A model generated the notes under the pieces. That model was not told the DNA's origin. It was given only the letters and a program-made list of their open reading frames with translations, and made no database searches. From NCBI GenBank assembly GCA_963514005.1, contig OY740818.1, positions 15,314,001 through 15,378,000 on the forward strand: a stretch of DNA of 64,000 nucleotides. Direction: 5' to 3'. The DNA is from Raja brachyura (Eukaryota). The translations under genes and the position numbers were made by a program. Below, in pieces: positions 11,544 through 24,262 of the stretch (its first letter is position 1; every line of letters starts with the position of its first letter).

Positions 11544-13799
11544 TGCATGAATATAAATCATCCCAAAGATCTCTCAACAGATGCCAAGCTGGGCTGCTGA
11601 CAAAATAAAGCAAACAGTCATACAGTAGAATATTGTTAAAACACAGGCAGCTGATATAGTGCTTCTTAAAACTCTTTAGCAGGTTATTTCTGGTTCCATT
11701 AACAATTGCTTCATCTTTGCAAATGACACAGTGAACAATTAGACTAAAACATATGTGTAAAATTGTCACCAAACCTTAGCTTAAGATCCAAAGGGCATTA
11801 CTTAGTTGATTAATGGGGCGTGCAGTCCTCTCCAGCATTTCCATGTGCCAGGCTGCCAATTGTTTCTAATGTAGAAAGCATGGTTGACACATTGCTTCGC
11901 AATAGCAGTGTGACAATGATGATTTGCTTTTGGTCCCTGGGTGACAGATGAATATTGGGAATGCGTTGGGGAAAAGGAGGTTTAATGGTCTAAGAGTTTC
12001 AGACTTGCAATAACAGTTATTTTTCCCAATGGTTTTTCCAAAATTAAAGGTCTTTTTAATAGTTAAAAGTTTATTTCTTAGTGTTAGCTAAAGATTATTA
12101 AAGCCAATGGTTAGCAAATGATGGGAGCTAGTCACTGGTTTCTCTATTATCATGTGTACCAAGGTACAGTAGGATACTTTTATGCATACAGTTCAGCTTT
12201 GACTATCACCACACATAAGCATAATCCCCAGTTAGTACAGAAGATTTAGAATAGCCCACTGAGTCTACATGCACGAGTCGCCATTTTGGCGCCATTTTAC
12301 AGCCCCAGCTGTAGCTGGCCACAAAGGTTCATTGTAGCCGTCACCTCAATTCTGGTTGTCCCATGAACCATTGTCCCTCTCCTTGCACGGCCCTCTTCAG
12401 CCCTTGTTCTCTGGCTGTTTCATAGAATATCATGTGCATAGTTTTTAAGGTGAGAGTGGGAAAGTTTAAAGGAGATGTGCGGGGTACATTTTTTTTCATG
12501 CAGAGAGTTGTAGGTACTTAGAATGTGTTGCAGGGGAAGGCATTTAAGAGGCATCTTTGGATGGGCACATGGAAATGGGAATGAAGGAATATGAATCATG
12601 TACATCAGAGAATAGATTTTACTTGGCATCATGTTTTGCACATTGTGGGTCTTGTGCGGGACTGTTCTACGTTCCGTGTTCTATGAAGCAATGCATGTCA
12701 TTTTCAATGACCTCTCGTGATGAAACTGATATCTCGTGATGAAAGAAATTGTTAAGAAACGCTGGTGTCTGATTACTTTGTGGAGTTTATATGAATTAAG
12801 CCATTTTTTAAAAAAGAGAACGTGAAAATAAATATATGCAACATTTTAATTAGATCAAAGGTCCTGAATACTTCTAGGTCAACCACTATGAAATAGATAT
12901 AAAATGTGGAAAAAACACACCATATAGTTACAGATTGCTTAACTTGGAACTTATAAAACAAATGTTCAGCTACTCAGTAAAAGGACAATATGTGAAAGAA
13001 TATATAATGAAAGGATCTATGATATCTGTAACAAGGTTGAATAATTTAGCATTGAAGATTAAAGTGGAAAGGTTTGAAGAACGTATTTCAGACTAAGTGT
13101 TGTTAGAATTAGAATCTATTGGCCCATTTGCAATTGAGATTATACACTGTTCAAAGGGAAAGATGGATAAATATTAGAAGTGCAAACCAATCTGGAGAAA
13201 CAATAGGAGAGTGAGATTAGTAAAAGGGAGTTGTATGGAGCCGACATCATGAGATAAACTACTCAAACCTTTAAGACAATAGAGAAACGACATCAAAACC
13301 CTTCAACGTGTCAAACGGGGATGAAAGTGATCTTTAACTCTTCTCCCTCCAGGGGAATGGTTGTGAAGATACTTCTCCACAAATCCAAAATAAAGTATCA
13401 CTGCAGGAAGGGAAGGATGGAGGAACAGAAGATCATCAATCTTTGGAATTCTCTACTCCAGGAAGCTGTGCAGACTGAACAATTGAATCTACTCAAGGCT
13501 GGTTCTTCATTTAGGATAGCAGGAAGGTCAAACTTCATGAGGAAGATATGAGAAGGTGTTGGAGATTAGAGCAGATGTGGTCTTATTGGACAGTAAGGAG
13601 CAGGCTCCATCCAATCCAGTTTCTTGTATTACTTTAGATGGGAGACTAAGGGGAAGATGATGTGGTTGCAGGGAAAGGAACCAGAATACTCAGGGGGATA
13701 CAGATGTAATGGGTTGTATGTGTACAGAGACATAACATTCTGAATTTCCCTGAGGGGTTCAATAAAGTATTTATTATTATCATTTATTGGTAAATAGTG

Positions 13800-14010
13800 A
13801 ATCGAGATATGGAGAAGGAGGGAGGATTAGAAGAAGGAAAAGCTAATTGAGAGACGTGAATTGAGAAATTGAGAGAGGAGAGGAGGTTGGAGGGAGAAGG
13901 AAGGGGAATTAAAAAGATTGTGAATTGGGAGGCGAGGAGGGGAGGGTGAGATTGGAGGGAGAAGAGGGGTGAGTTTGAAGGAGAGGGAATGGTGCAGAGG
14001 AAGGCGGAGA
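13800..14010 (+). repeat. Purine-rich (GGA/GAA) low-complexity tract
   Basis: ggagaaggagggaggattagaagaagg-type composition. Confidence 0.75.
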
Positions 14011-14705
14011 ACACATTGTAATACAACGGCTGGAAGGGTTGAGGCAGGACAGGGACTCCAGAATCACTGACCAGTATTGCCCTTGTGAATGATGCAGAAT
14101 TCAGAAAACCAGCTTGGATGCGGGAGAACTGGGTCGGCGGATGGGGGAAAGAACAATGAACTCAAACGTAGATTGCACTGATTACTTTTGATCTAATCCT
14201 GTGACCCCCGCCCCGCGAAATAAACCAGTCCCTCGGGGTGGGAGGGAGAGAAAGGCGAATCCATCTGATTTACGCCGCAAATCTATAGCGTTGTGGCAAA
14301 CATCAGGTTCAATGTACACCCGTCCCATGGAGAGAACTGAATCTGAAAGGAGGCTAAACAACAAACTCTTTCAAAACAGTATCTGACTAATGCACTGTTT
14401 CAAATCTCAAAGATAAGTTTTAGTAAAAGTTGCTGGTAGATGCATTTACACCAGCAGATTAAATAGGTGGATGGAAGGGAGGGAGGGAGATAGATTGGAG
14501 GGAGAAAGATGGGAGTGGTGCGTGCAGAGAGCGGTGAGATGTTGGAGCTAACATGGGGGTAGAGGGGAAGACACCCTCCTCCCTTCCACCTTTCCCGCTG
14601 TTCCCATTGTTTGTCCCCCACTCCAACCTGCCTCCATCTGCCCACTAACTCCCTCCTCACCTCCACCAGGTTGCACCTGGCGCTCGCCAGCCCCTCTCAG
14701 CTCTT

Positions 14706-14973
14706 TAGACACAAAATGCTGGAGTAACTCAGCGGGTCAGACAGCATCTCTGGAGAAAAGGAATCGGGTTCTTCAGACTGAGAGTCGGCGGAAATGGGAA
14801 ACGAGAGATATAGACGGTGATGTTGAGATATAAAACAAATGAATTAAAGAGATGCAAACCCGAAACGTCACCAATTCCCTTTTCTCCAGAGATGCTGACT
14901 GTCCCGCTGAGTTACTCCAGCTTTTTGTGTCCATCTTCGGTTTAAACCAGCATCTGCAGTTCCTTCCTACACA
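14706..14973. mobile_element. Inverted pair of hammerhead/Penelope-type repeats
   Basis: gacacaaaatgctggagtaactcagcggg...catctctggagaaa and its reverse complement at ~14860-14935. Confidence 0.75.
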
Positions 14974-14984
14974 TCCTCTCTTAC

Positions 14985-15380
14985 CTCTTTAACAGGTTAT
15001 CTCTCCTCTCCGTCCCCCATGCAGGATCCAGACCCGAGCCGTCTCTCCGCCTCCGCAGATGCTGCCAGACCTGATGAGTTAGTTCCTCCAGCGCTTTGTT
15101 TTATTTCCCTACGAAGTTGCCGTTCTCTGCATCCGTAAACACAGACAGACTGGGCTGTGCACGATCCCTGCGCCCTTTCCTCTTCTCTCCCTCCTGGGCT
15201 TTGCACCGTGGTGCCCTGGGCCGGGTTGGTCAGACCCAAGATCTTTGTGTCAGTCTGCGGGGTTAGTGGGACGTGTCCAAACCAACGGCCGATCCCACCT
15301 CCCACCACATTTGCGCTGAACCCCTTCGGCTCAGTCCCTCCCTCTGGCGGATGTAAACAAGGAGTGCGAGCTCGTCAGAA
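14985..15380 (-). promoter_or_regulatory. Candidate promoter / non-coding first exon of the PRKG2-like gene
   Basis: Locally GC- and CpG-enriched; consensus donor GAG|gtaaga at 14985; the ATG exon has an upstream acceptor, so a 5' UTR exon is expected. Partly overlaps repeat relics. Confidence 0.3.
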
Positions 15381-15384
15381 AGTT

Positions 15385-16180
15385 CATCAGTTATGTTCAT
15401 AAGTTAAAGGAGCAGAAAAACCCCTGTCCCACGGTACGAGTTCATTCCAAGAGTTCTTCTGAGTTTGCCCTGATTGGAACTCGGAGATTTACGGTAAAGG
15501 CCACTCGTCGGTCCTCGGGGCTCTCGTGGACATTTTTCAACATGTTGAAAAATCTTCACGAGTCTTCCCGTGCTTACCTGCCGTTAGCGAGTCTTCCCGA
15601 GTACCTGCCGTTAGCGTTACGAGCCGGTAAGAGACGTCCCCGAGCTCCGACGTACCCGCTACGTTCATTCTCCGTGCTTACCACAAGTTTGATTTTTTTT
15701 TAACTTGGGAGAGCTCTTGGAATGAACTCGCACCGCCTATAAGGCCATTCGGCTCATCAAGTCTACTCCATCATTCAATCATGGCTGATCTATCTTCCCC
15801 TCTTAACCCCATTATCCCGCCTTCTCCCCATAACCCCTGGCGTCCTCACCTATCAAGAATCTGTCGATCTCCACCTTAAAAATATCCAGTGATTTGATCT
15901 CCACAGCCGAATATGGCAATTAATTCCACAGATTCACCACCCTCTGACTACAGAAATGTCTCCTCATCTACATTCTAAAGGTATGTCCTTTTATTCTAAG
16001 GCTTTGGGCTCTGGTCCTAGACTCTCCCATTAGTGGAAACATCTCTCCACATCCACTCTATCCAGGCCTTTCACTATTCGGTAAGTTTCAATGAGGTGTC
16101 CCCTCATCCTTCTGAGGCCCAGGGCCATCAAACGCTCATCATATGTTACCCCAATCATTCCTGGCATCATTCTCAAAAAT
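15385..16180 (-). mobile_element. CR1 3' fragment interrupted by a MITE
   Basis: Inverted CR1 3' UTR (ggagcaga...aggccattcggc) split at 15419-15737. Confidence 0.7.
15419..15737. mobile_element. Palindromic MITE with a related CCCCTGTCCCA terminus; right end truncated
   Basis: gtacgagttcattccaagag / ctcttggaatgaactcgcac inverted repeats; central palindrome tttttcaacatgttgaaaaa; CpG-rich, so probably young. Confidence 0.75.
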
Positions 16181-16599
16181 ACCTCTGGCATTGAACTTGG
16201 CCAATCACCTGAATTACAGGATCAACTTCACAGTCAGCAAGGGAAAGGCTCCCAAGGGCTTGCACCTTTGGTGCTCAGCTGTTAACTTTATTTAACACTG
16301 GGATCAATTGGTTTTGGAAGCTGTTAATATATTGGTTTATTACCGTCACGTGCTCTGAGATACAGTGAAAAACTTTGTTTAGCAATGCCCTCCAACCAAA
16401 TCATTCCGTACAGGAATATAATCAAACCATGAACGAGTGCCTGAGTCTGAAGAAGGGTTTCAATTCGAAACATCACCTATCCATTTTCTCCAGAGATGTT
16501 GCCTGACCCGCTGAGTTACTCCAGCATGTTGTGTCCATCTTTGGTACAACCAGCATCTGCAATTTATTTTGAATACATACGTGAATGCATCATACGTGA

Positions 16600-16872
16600 G
16601 GCATCGCCCGGCGCGGCTTTAATGGCCGCGGGACTAATTTACCATCGTCCGCCGGTGGCTTTGACTTTGACATCGGGAGGAGAATGGGGAGTGCAGGGGA
16701 GAGATAAGACTTTGCCTTCCATCACAGTGAGGAGGAGATTCACTGTGATCGATGTTTGTGTAAATTGTGTTGTGTCTTGGTTCTTTTTTCTTGTTTGTAT
16801 GACTGCAGAAACCAAATTTCGTTTGAACCTCAATGAGGTTCAAATGATGAAATAAATTGTATTGTACTGTAT
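16600..16872 (+). repeat. Longer copy of the repeat family seen at 1-207, with CpG-rich 5' part
   Basis: gactttgccttccatcacagtgaggaggagattcactgtgatcgatgtttgtgtaaattgtgtt. Confidence 0.7.
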
Positions 16873-18636
16873 CAAGGAACAAGGAAACAGATATAGATGG
16901 GGAAATAGCCAAGGTAACCAGGTTAGTGTACAAAAGTGGCGGAGTCGCCTCCAAAGGTCACACACTCTATCTTTGGTCCAAATTCTTTGGTTCTGACGAT
17001 AACTGCAATTGTGACCTTGAAGGAAATTATACTTTTAATACTATTGGCTGCTCCAGGGTTCAACAAACATGTGCCCCATTTACCTTTCACAATTGCATTT
17101 CCAGTGAATAAGACTGAAAAATGGTCCCCATCGAAAATGTCGCCCAGCCATTCCCTCCACTGATGCTGCCAGACCCGCCGAGCTACTCCAGCACATTATT
17201 TTTCCTCAGCATTCCAGCATCCACACTAATCCTACACTGATTCCATTTTAATTCCCCTATTTCCTGTTAGTTGCTCCAGATTTTTACCAGTCAGCTATGC
17301 ACTAGGGACAATTTACAATGACCAATTGACCTGCCAACAAGTAGTTTTCCATACGCCAGGTTGCTGTCTGATTCATCTCCCACCCTATTGAAGACTTTGT
17401 CTCTGGAACTGATGCGCTCTAATGCTGGGAACACTATTCTGCACTTTGTGTCTTCTCCTTTGCTTTACCTATTTTACTTGAATTTAACTTGAATGTACAT
17501 ATGTATGGTATATCTGATCTGTTTGGGCAGCGTGCAAAACAAAGTTATTCACTGTACCTTGGTACACAGACAATGAATAACCTAAACCTAATCTTTGGTC
17601 CAGAGTGGCATCTGTTAACTTCAAACACGGTGCTCAATGCTTCAACTGCAGGAAAGTGCATCTAGGGCTTTTCAATGTTCACCTTTTGAAGATGTAGGGG
17701 AAACACAGCAGGAGATCTGCCTTTCAAAGACAAACAGCAGTGCACATTCTTCTGACTAAAGGAAAGGTGAAATATTGTGCATGGAGCTGCTATGACAGTT
17801 CAGCTCACACTAAATTTCCATGATGAGTTCCGCATGTTCCGTCTGCTTTGAAGTCTGGGAGCATCAGCCCTCTATTTGCATTTATCTTAATTCTTTCTGA
17901 AAAGTCTACAGATTCCTTCCTCCTATCGAGGCAAAGACTTAGGGTTGACTTGATGGATGATTTGTGAATAGAGGTTGCATCTAACATTCGCTTGCGTGAA
18001 TTATTTAGATTTACTGATAAGAGACACTCTGTGAGGCGATCGTGAAGTGGACATCAGCAGGGGCCCACCCCATTCCCATATTGGAATTATTAGCAGGGTA
18101 CGACATTTCACCAAACTAATTAAAACTGTTCTGAGGCAGGCATAATATCTGTAAAAACTACTCGTCCAAATAACGTAACGCAAACTTCTGGAAGAAGTCA
18201 GTGGATCAGGCTGCATCTGGGGAGGAAATGGTCCGGCAACATTTCATGTCCAGACCCTTCATCAGACTGAAAGGACAATGAGTCTGAAGAAGGATTTCGA
18301 CCCTAATTGTCACCTGTCCAGCCCCTCCACAGATGGACCGGTACATGGACAGGCCAGGTTTAGAGGATGTAGGCCAAACGCAGGCAGGTGGGATAATGTA
18401 GATGGGACATGTTGGTCGGCGTGGGTAGGTTTGGTCGACGAGCCTCCATCCACGCTGTATAACTATGACTATGCAATGCTGAATTCCTGCAGCACCTTTG
18501 CTTGAGATTGCAGCAACTGCAATGTCTTGCAGACCAAGTAGCACTAGATTTTTCTGCCGATTTTTGTATTCCACCTAATATTATGTCACAAATCCTCAAT
18601 GACTAAAGTTCACAGTATAAATTACAGAATTAGGTG

Positions 18637-19203
18637 AAATTCAGTCTGAAGAAGGGTCTCAACCCAAAAGTCACCCCTTCCTTCTCTCCAGAGATGTGGC
18701 CTGTCCCACTGAGTTACTCCAGCATTTAGTGTCTCTCTTTGGTTTAAACCGTTCCTTCCTACACATTTTGTCTGCTCCACTGTGAAATCTCCTCAAGGTG
18801 TTTCTTCTTTGAAGAAGCTCTTCTCTTCTCTCCGACGAGAGTTCAGCAACATCCTGTCTCGCTGTTCCCCCTCTGTGATTCCTCCTGCTCGCTGACTCGA
18901 CCACCACGTTTTAACCCGGTCTCACTACCACAGCCATGTTTGTGTTCTCGGTGCTTGCCTGCGATTCCATCTTCTAGCTCGGGGATTCCAAATCCGGTTC
19001 CAGACCTCGCAGTTCGGACCCAACCCAATTACAGACAGTCGATCTGTCGCTTTTCGCAACAGTTCCCATTCCGTGCCCTGCGTTCCACACTTGCTGCGAT
19101 GGATTAGTCTGAAGAAGGATCGCAACCTGAAACGTTACCCATTCCTTCTCTCCAGAGATGCTGCCTGTCCCACTGAGTCACTCCAGCATTTTGTGCCTAT
19201 CTT
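18637..19203 (+). mobile_element. Retrozyme-like unit: two direct hammerhead-bearing repeats flanking a ~340 bp CpG-rich core
   Basis: Repeats at ~18643-18765 and ~19106-19203; 12-bp TSD cagaattaggtg at 18625-18636 and 19204-19215. Confidence 0.65.
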
Positions 19204-19834
19204 CAGAATTAGGTGGAGCACAGGTGATGTTTGCTGCAGGTTTTAAATGTCAATGGCAGAGAGCAAATGTTAGCTTAGCTAACCTAGGTTTTAGATAACG
19301 TAGCTTTCATGCCTTGCCCAAAAAGGCATAAGAAGAGGGAGCAGCAAATTGAATGTTAAATCTTTTCCCCTTCACCTTAAACCTATGTCCTCTGGTCCTT
19401 GGTTCATCTTCTCTAGGCAACAGACTGTGCATCTACCCGATCTATTCCTCTCATTATTTTATTCTCATGATTATCATGATTCAGTAGTCAAAAACTAGGC
19501 TTAGAATACATTGCTTCTCAGTTAGTTGTCCATGGCAGTGGCATTGTAACTCAACCTTGTATTTTATAAGGAAGGTGGAAGAGTAGATATGATTTTTCCC
19601 AAGATTGGAGAGGTTTTTAAGTCCTTTGCTATACTTCACTTAACATGTTCTTCCATTTGCAAAACACAAACTGCCGGAGGAACTCAGCGGGCCAGGCAAC
19701 ATCTATGGACGAAATAGACATATGACGTTTTGGGTAGGGTCCCTCCTTCAGACCCTGGGCATCAACAGCGTTCACCTGCTCTTTCTCTATTGACCATGAT
19801 TAATAAAGAAACAATGGGGTGGAATTTCATTTTT

Positions 19835-22041
19835 AAAGTTTTATGTTCTGTACAGCAGATATAACAGACAAAAATGATAAGCCAAATGTTGTCAGAAACC
19901 ACATATTATTCAAAACCCTTTTACAATTGCACCGGGTAAAATGAATGATATTTTCAGAGCAGGATCCCACATGCAGTGGTAAAGTTAACTGCACTAAAGG
20001 CACAGGTAAAGTACAATATCCATTTGATTTTTTTTTTTGAAAAATATATTTCTTAAAAAGTAGATGTTTATACAATCAAAGTTTCTGCATGCAATTAGTA
20101 AGTGTGAACAGCCTGCAAATAGACTCTGAAAGTAATAGACGTCTAGAGCATCAACAAAAAAAACTGGAAATTGGAGTCATATTTACTGATCTCCTTCAAT
20201 GTACTTGATATAATAAACTCAAAAAAATATAATACAAGTTAATTTACAAGTATTTTTTATAGTATCATACATCTTATGCTACAAAAACAAATCCTGATAT
20301 AAAAAGTTTGTAAATGGTTTTCTGTGATTGCTAATGCATACACTTCAACAAGTTGATTCAAAAGCATCAAAATAACTTATGCAATATGAATGCAAAATTG
20401 AATGTTGCATTAAAACTGATCATTAAAAATGAATACAATAGTACATATCGCTTCTGTAGCTTTGTAATGACTGTAGCAAAAAAACTCCTGTAGCAAAGAT
20501 ACTTGGAGTAAAACAGAAGCTGACAAAAAAAAGTGACAAGATTGCAAGCTTTTTTCAGATGCAAGGATTAGAAAATGTTGTGGATCAAAAAAGGTTACAT
20601 TTTCAGAAGTCAGAACATATTTTTTGCTAAGATTCATTCATTAGAAAAACTTAAAAGTAATTTTTACAACTCTTCAAAAGTTTTTTTAACCCCTCCTTAA
20701 TTTGAATGTGCACTAAGTTTATTTAACCAAGTGTAAATTTAACCAAGCAATTCGCTGGAACCAAAGCAGTGGAAAAGTATGTTCAGACAATAGCACCAGT
20801 TGCGAAGGCATAGGTTTGATAGAAGCTAGACTGATAGCTCTGCTAATGAGCTGGCACATGCATCATCAGTTGAATGGCCTCCTTCCGCTCTGCATCAAGA
20901 ATTACAGCAAAATGGAATCTCATTATCCACAATAACACTATGGCTTACAAAAGCTAAAAGTATTGCTTGGATAGGAATGAATGGATGATTCATGTGGCCA
21001 TATTAAAAAGGCCTGTGTCATATGGATCTCAATTGTTTAAAAGTAACAATGTTGTCAAGCATGCAAGTGATTTCAAAGTATGATTTTCATAGGCCGTAAA
21101 AATTGAAATTATTGCTCTGTAGACCAATTGCACTTCACTTAAACCATTTACACTGATGGCTTGCAACACTAGATCGGCATGAGAAGCATAATTAAAGCAT
21201 CTTAAAGCCTAAACATAGGGATTTAGCCATTTGTTGCACAGGTCTAGTTTGTGTATGGTTGACAGAGCTCTTGATTTGCATGTAAAGTTAGAAAAAATAA
21301 GTTACAAAAATCTAAATGCAGTTGTCTGAGGAACAAGTCATGGATCCTCTGGGTGAAGAAGTAACACCCCCCCTCCATAATTAAAAAAAATCATTCACAA
21401 ATGCAGGAAAAGTACCAAAACAAGTTTCGATTCAAAGAAAGGAGATGATACCAATTACTTATTTAAATGAACTATACTAAGTCATTGAAATATCACCATA
21501 AAAAAAGATGAAAACTGCCAGCAGTTCTGGTCAGTTCCCTAAAGCACATCTGTTAAAAGGAATCATTTTCATACTTGGCAGTGTAGTTATCTCTTCCTTT
21601 TTCAGTAGAAAGAGAAAAAATAAATCCACAGTGACTTTGACCTTCTAGCTAAAGGTCTACCAAAAATATATATGTTTATCAAAAGAAACTGCTCAACAGA
21701 CCATTCCTGTGCAAAAGATCTGGGTCAGTAAAACAGACCTTCTAGTCCCACAGTCAAAATGCACATGGATATTTTGTTGCTTTTTCACATCCCGCCTGAT
21801 GTACAAGGAAGAACGTGGCTCAACCACAGATTTCAGCGACTACGGTACACAAATGGCCGCTACGCAGCAGATGTCCCATTCTGTAAGTCTGTAACTTCCA
21901 GCATGTGTTCCTCCATTTTTTTGCGTCAAGCTCTTTTGTTTTCGACAAGGAGTCGTGGAACGTCGCTCTGTAGCCCTTTTCAAATCATTCCAGCTTTGGC
22001 CAAATTCATTACTTTTTAACATTTAGCCACGGAGTTTGACC
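19835..22041 (-). other. Candidate alternative terminal exon / long 3' UTR of COL13A1
   Basis: Acceptor tacctactaccag|GGT CAA ACT CCG TGG CTA AAT GTT AAA AAG TAA TGA, followed by ~2.2 kb of U-rich, nearly repeat-free sequence. Confidence 0.4.
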
Positions 22042-22149
22042 CTGGTAGTAGGTAAATACATTGTTCAGAATTTGTCACTTCAAACGCCAGTCACGAGCAA
22101 AGTCCACTGATTCCTCATGTAGTTTCAGGAGTAGAAACATACATGTACC

Positions 22150-22412
22150 TCGCTGTGCTCAGATTAGAGACTAAGGTTTTCTCATATGTAGCAAGGGCTC
22201 TAGTTTCCTCCCACATCTCAAAGATGTGCACATTAGTAAGTTAATTGGCCGCTAAAAAATGTTCCTAGTGTGTAGGTGAGTGACAAAATCTGGGGAAAGC
22301 TGTTGAGGATGGTACGGAAAATGGGATTGATGTAGGTCTAGGGTAAATGGATGATTAATGGTTGGCATGGACTTGATGGGCTGAAGAGCTAGTTTCTGTG
22401 CTGTGCCTCTCT
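22150..22412 (+). mobile_element. Degenerate V-SINE
   Basis: gtttcctcccacatctcaaagatgtgc...gttaattggcc...tttctgtgctgt. Confidence 0.6.
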
Positions 22413-22589
22413 GTAGTGTTAGTACTGCTACCTACAATCACATCTTACCCCTTCATCTTAGGATCAGATGGCTTCTCTCCAGGGATTAAAGGAAGTGGGT
22501 GAGAACATTGAAGATACCCTGACAATGACTTTCCACAGTTCCCTTAATTCAACAAGCAATTTACTGCATGTCTCTCTTTGGAGATCTTT

Positions 22590-23850
22590 AGGTGGTCAGA
22601 TACAGCCAGCATATGAAAGGTGAAGCATGCCTATTGAAAAACTGCCACGCTTATGAACGTTACGGCAGTGCCTTTTTGAACTGCTGCAGTGTGCATGGTG
22701 AATGTGTTCTCACCGTTTTGAGGAAGTGCGTTTCTGGATATTGATGAAGTGGCAGTGAAGGAGCAACAAAATTATTTCTACATCAGATAGGCCGTGATGG
22801 ATGGATACTAGTTTGAAAAGATGAGGAGGTGTAGCCTTATGTTTGCTGTTCTTATCTATTTGGGTAGTAAAGGTTGTGGTTTGGAAGGTGTTCTTGACGT
22901 CGTGGTGAGTTGTTACAGTATATCTTGAGTCAATAGTACGTAAATAATGGAGTGTCTGTTTGGGGTGGGGGATGGGGTGGCAAATAAATGGGCTGCTTTT
23001 TCTTGGATGGTGTTGCTGCTGAAATGTCATTGTAGCTGCATTCATCGAGCAAACAGGAAAGCATTCTGAAAGATAGACGCAAAATGCTGGAGGAACTCAG
23101 TGGGACAGGCATCATCTCTGGAGAGAAGGAATGGGTGACGTTTCGGGTCGAGACCCCTTTTCAGACTGATGTCAGGTGAAGATGGGTCTCAACCCGAAAC
23201 GTTACTCCTGCATTTTATGTCTATCTTTGGTTTAAACCAGCATCTGCAGTTCCTTCATAGGCATTCTGAAAGGTTCTGGGAATTTGGCCTCAGCCAGATT
23301 TTTTTAGCCGCAGGATTTAGATGACTGGTTGATTTAAGTTTCTGGTCAATGGTGCTTGACAATATTGTTGATGAGGACTAGTTATACATAATACTAAGTG
23401 TCAAAGGGATGTCATCAGAGCCTCAGTTGGAGCTGGACATTGTCGGCCACATGTGGAGCAACCATTATTATTTATTACCACACTCCTGAATGCTGGTCAA
23501 GTTTTCCTGCATGTAATTAGAGACTGGTTAGGAGAAGTAAGAAGCATAAATTAATTTTATGCAATCATCACTGAACAATCCAACTTCTGACTTGTAAAGG
23601 ATGGAGGGTGTTAGAGCTGAACAATTTGGCCTGAGACAGTACCTTGAGATGCTCTCACCGTTACGTCTCGATGCTGAGAGGTAACACCCACAAAACAATT
23701 CCATTGAGGTAGGACAATAGGAAGGATTTTTCCCAATGCCCATTAACCTTAATTCCTTGCTGTACAGTTGGTCAATGGTGGCCTTGTTGCCAAGATCTGG
23801 GGTTCATTAACCTTGTCAAGAACCAAATTGAGCATCAGTGAGCAGCTTGA
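22590..23850 (-). mobile_element. Highly degenerate LINE remnant (CR1/L2 type) with nested hammerhead-family repeat
   Basis: Degenerate RT-like codons (GLFSDDCI in ORF 23528-23743) and LINE-like 3' end. Confidence 0.45.
23073..23260. mobile_element. Inverted pair of hammerhead/Penelope-type repeats
   Basis: 12-bp TSD gcattctgaaag at 23061-23072 and 23261-23272. Confidence 0.8.
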
Positions 23851-23989
23851 GTGAGCTTCCTCTTGCTGATGAGAGAGAGCAGATTGATAGCATGGATTGG
23901 GTTTTATAGAACAGACCTACCCGTACAAAGTTCCACAATGTCAGGTGAATGCTTTACTTTGACAGTATATCATAACAAACATAGATGTT

Positions 23990-24262
23990 GCATGGCGGCG
24001 CAGTTACTGCCTTACAGCGTCAGAGACCTATGTACGATTCTGACTAAGGGTGCTATCTGTACGGAGTTTGCACATTCTTCCCGTGACCTGCAAGGGTTTT
24101 CTCCAGTGCCTCTGGTTTCCTCCCACACTCCAAAGATGTACAGGTTTGTAAGCTAAATGGCTTGGTAGTATTCTAAACTGTCTCTAGTGCGTGTAGGGTA
24201 GTGTCATTGTGCTGGAATCGCCGGCTGAAGGCCCGTTTCCGCATCATATCTCTAAACTAAAC
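23990..24262 (+). mobile_element. V-SINE (HE1-like)
   Basis: gtacggagtttgcacattcttcccgtgacc...ctcccacactccaaagatgtacagg; ctaaactaaa tail. Confidence 0.85.

Noticed and set aside
18671-19125. Overlapping short ORFs in the retrozyme-like spacer
   Set aside because: No recognisable domain; stops in all frames; the ORFs run into repeat sequence
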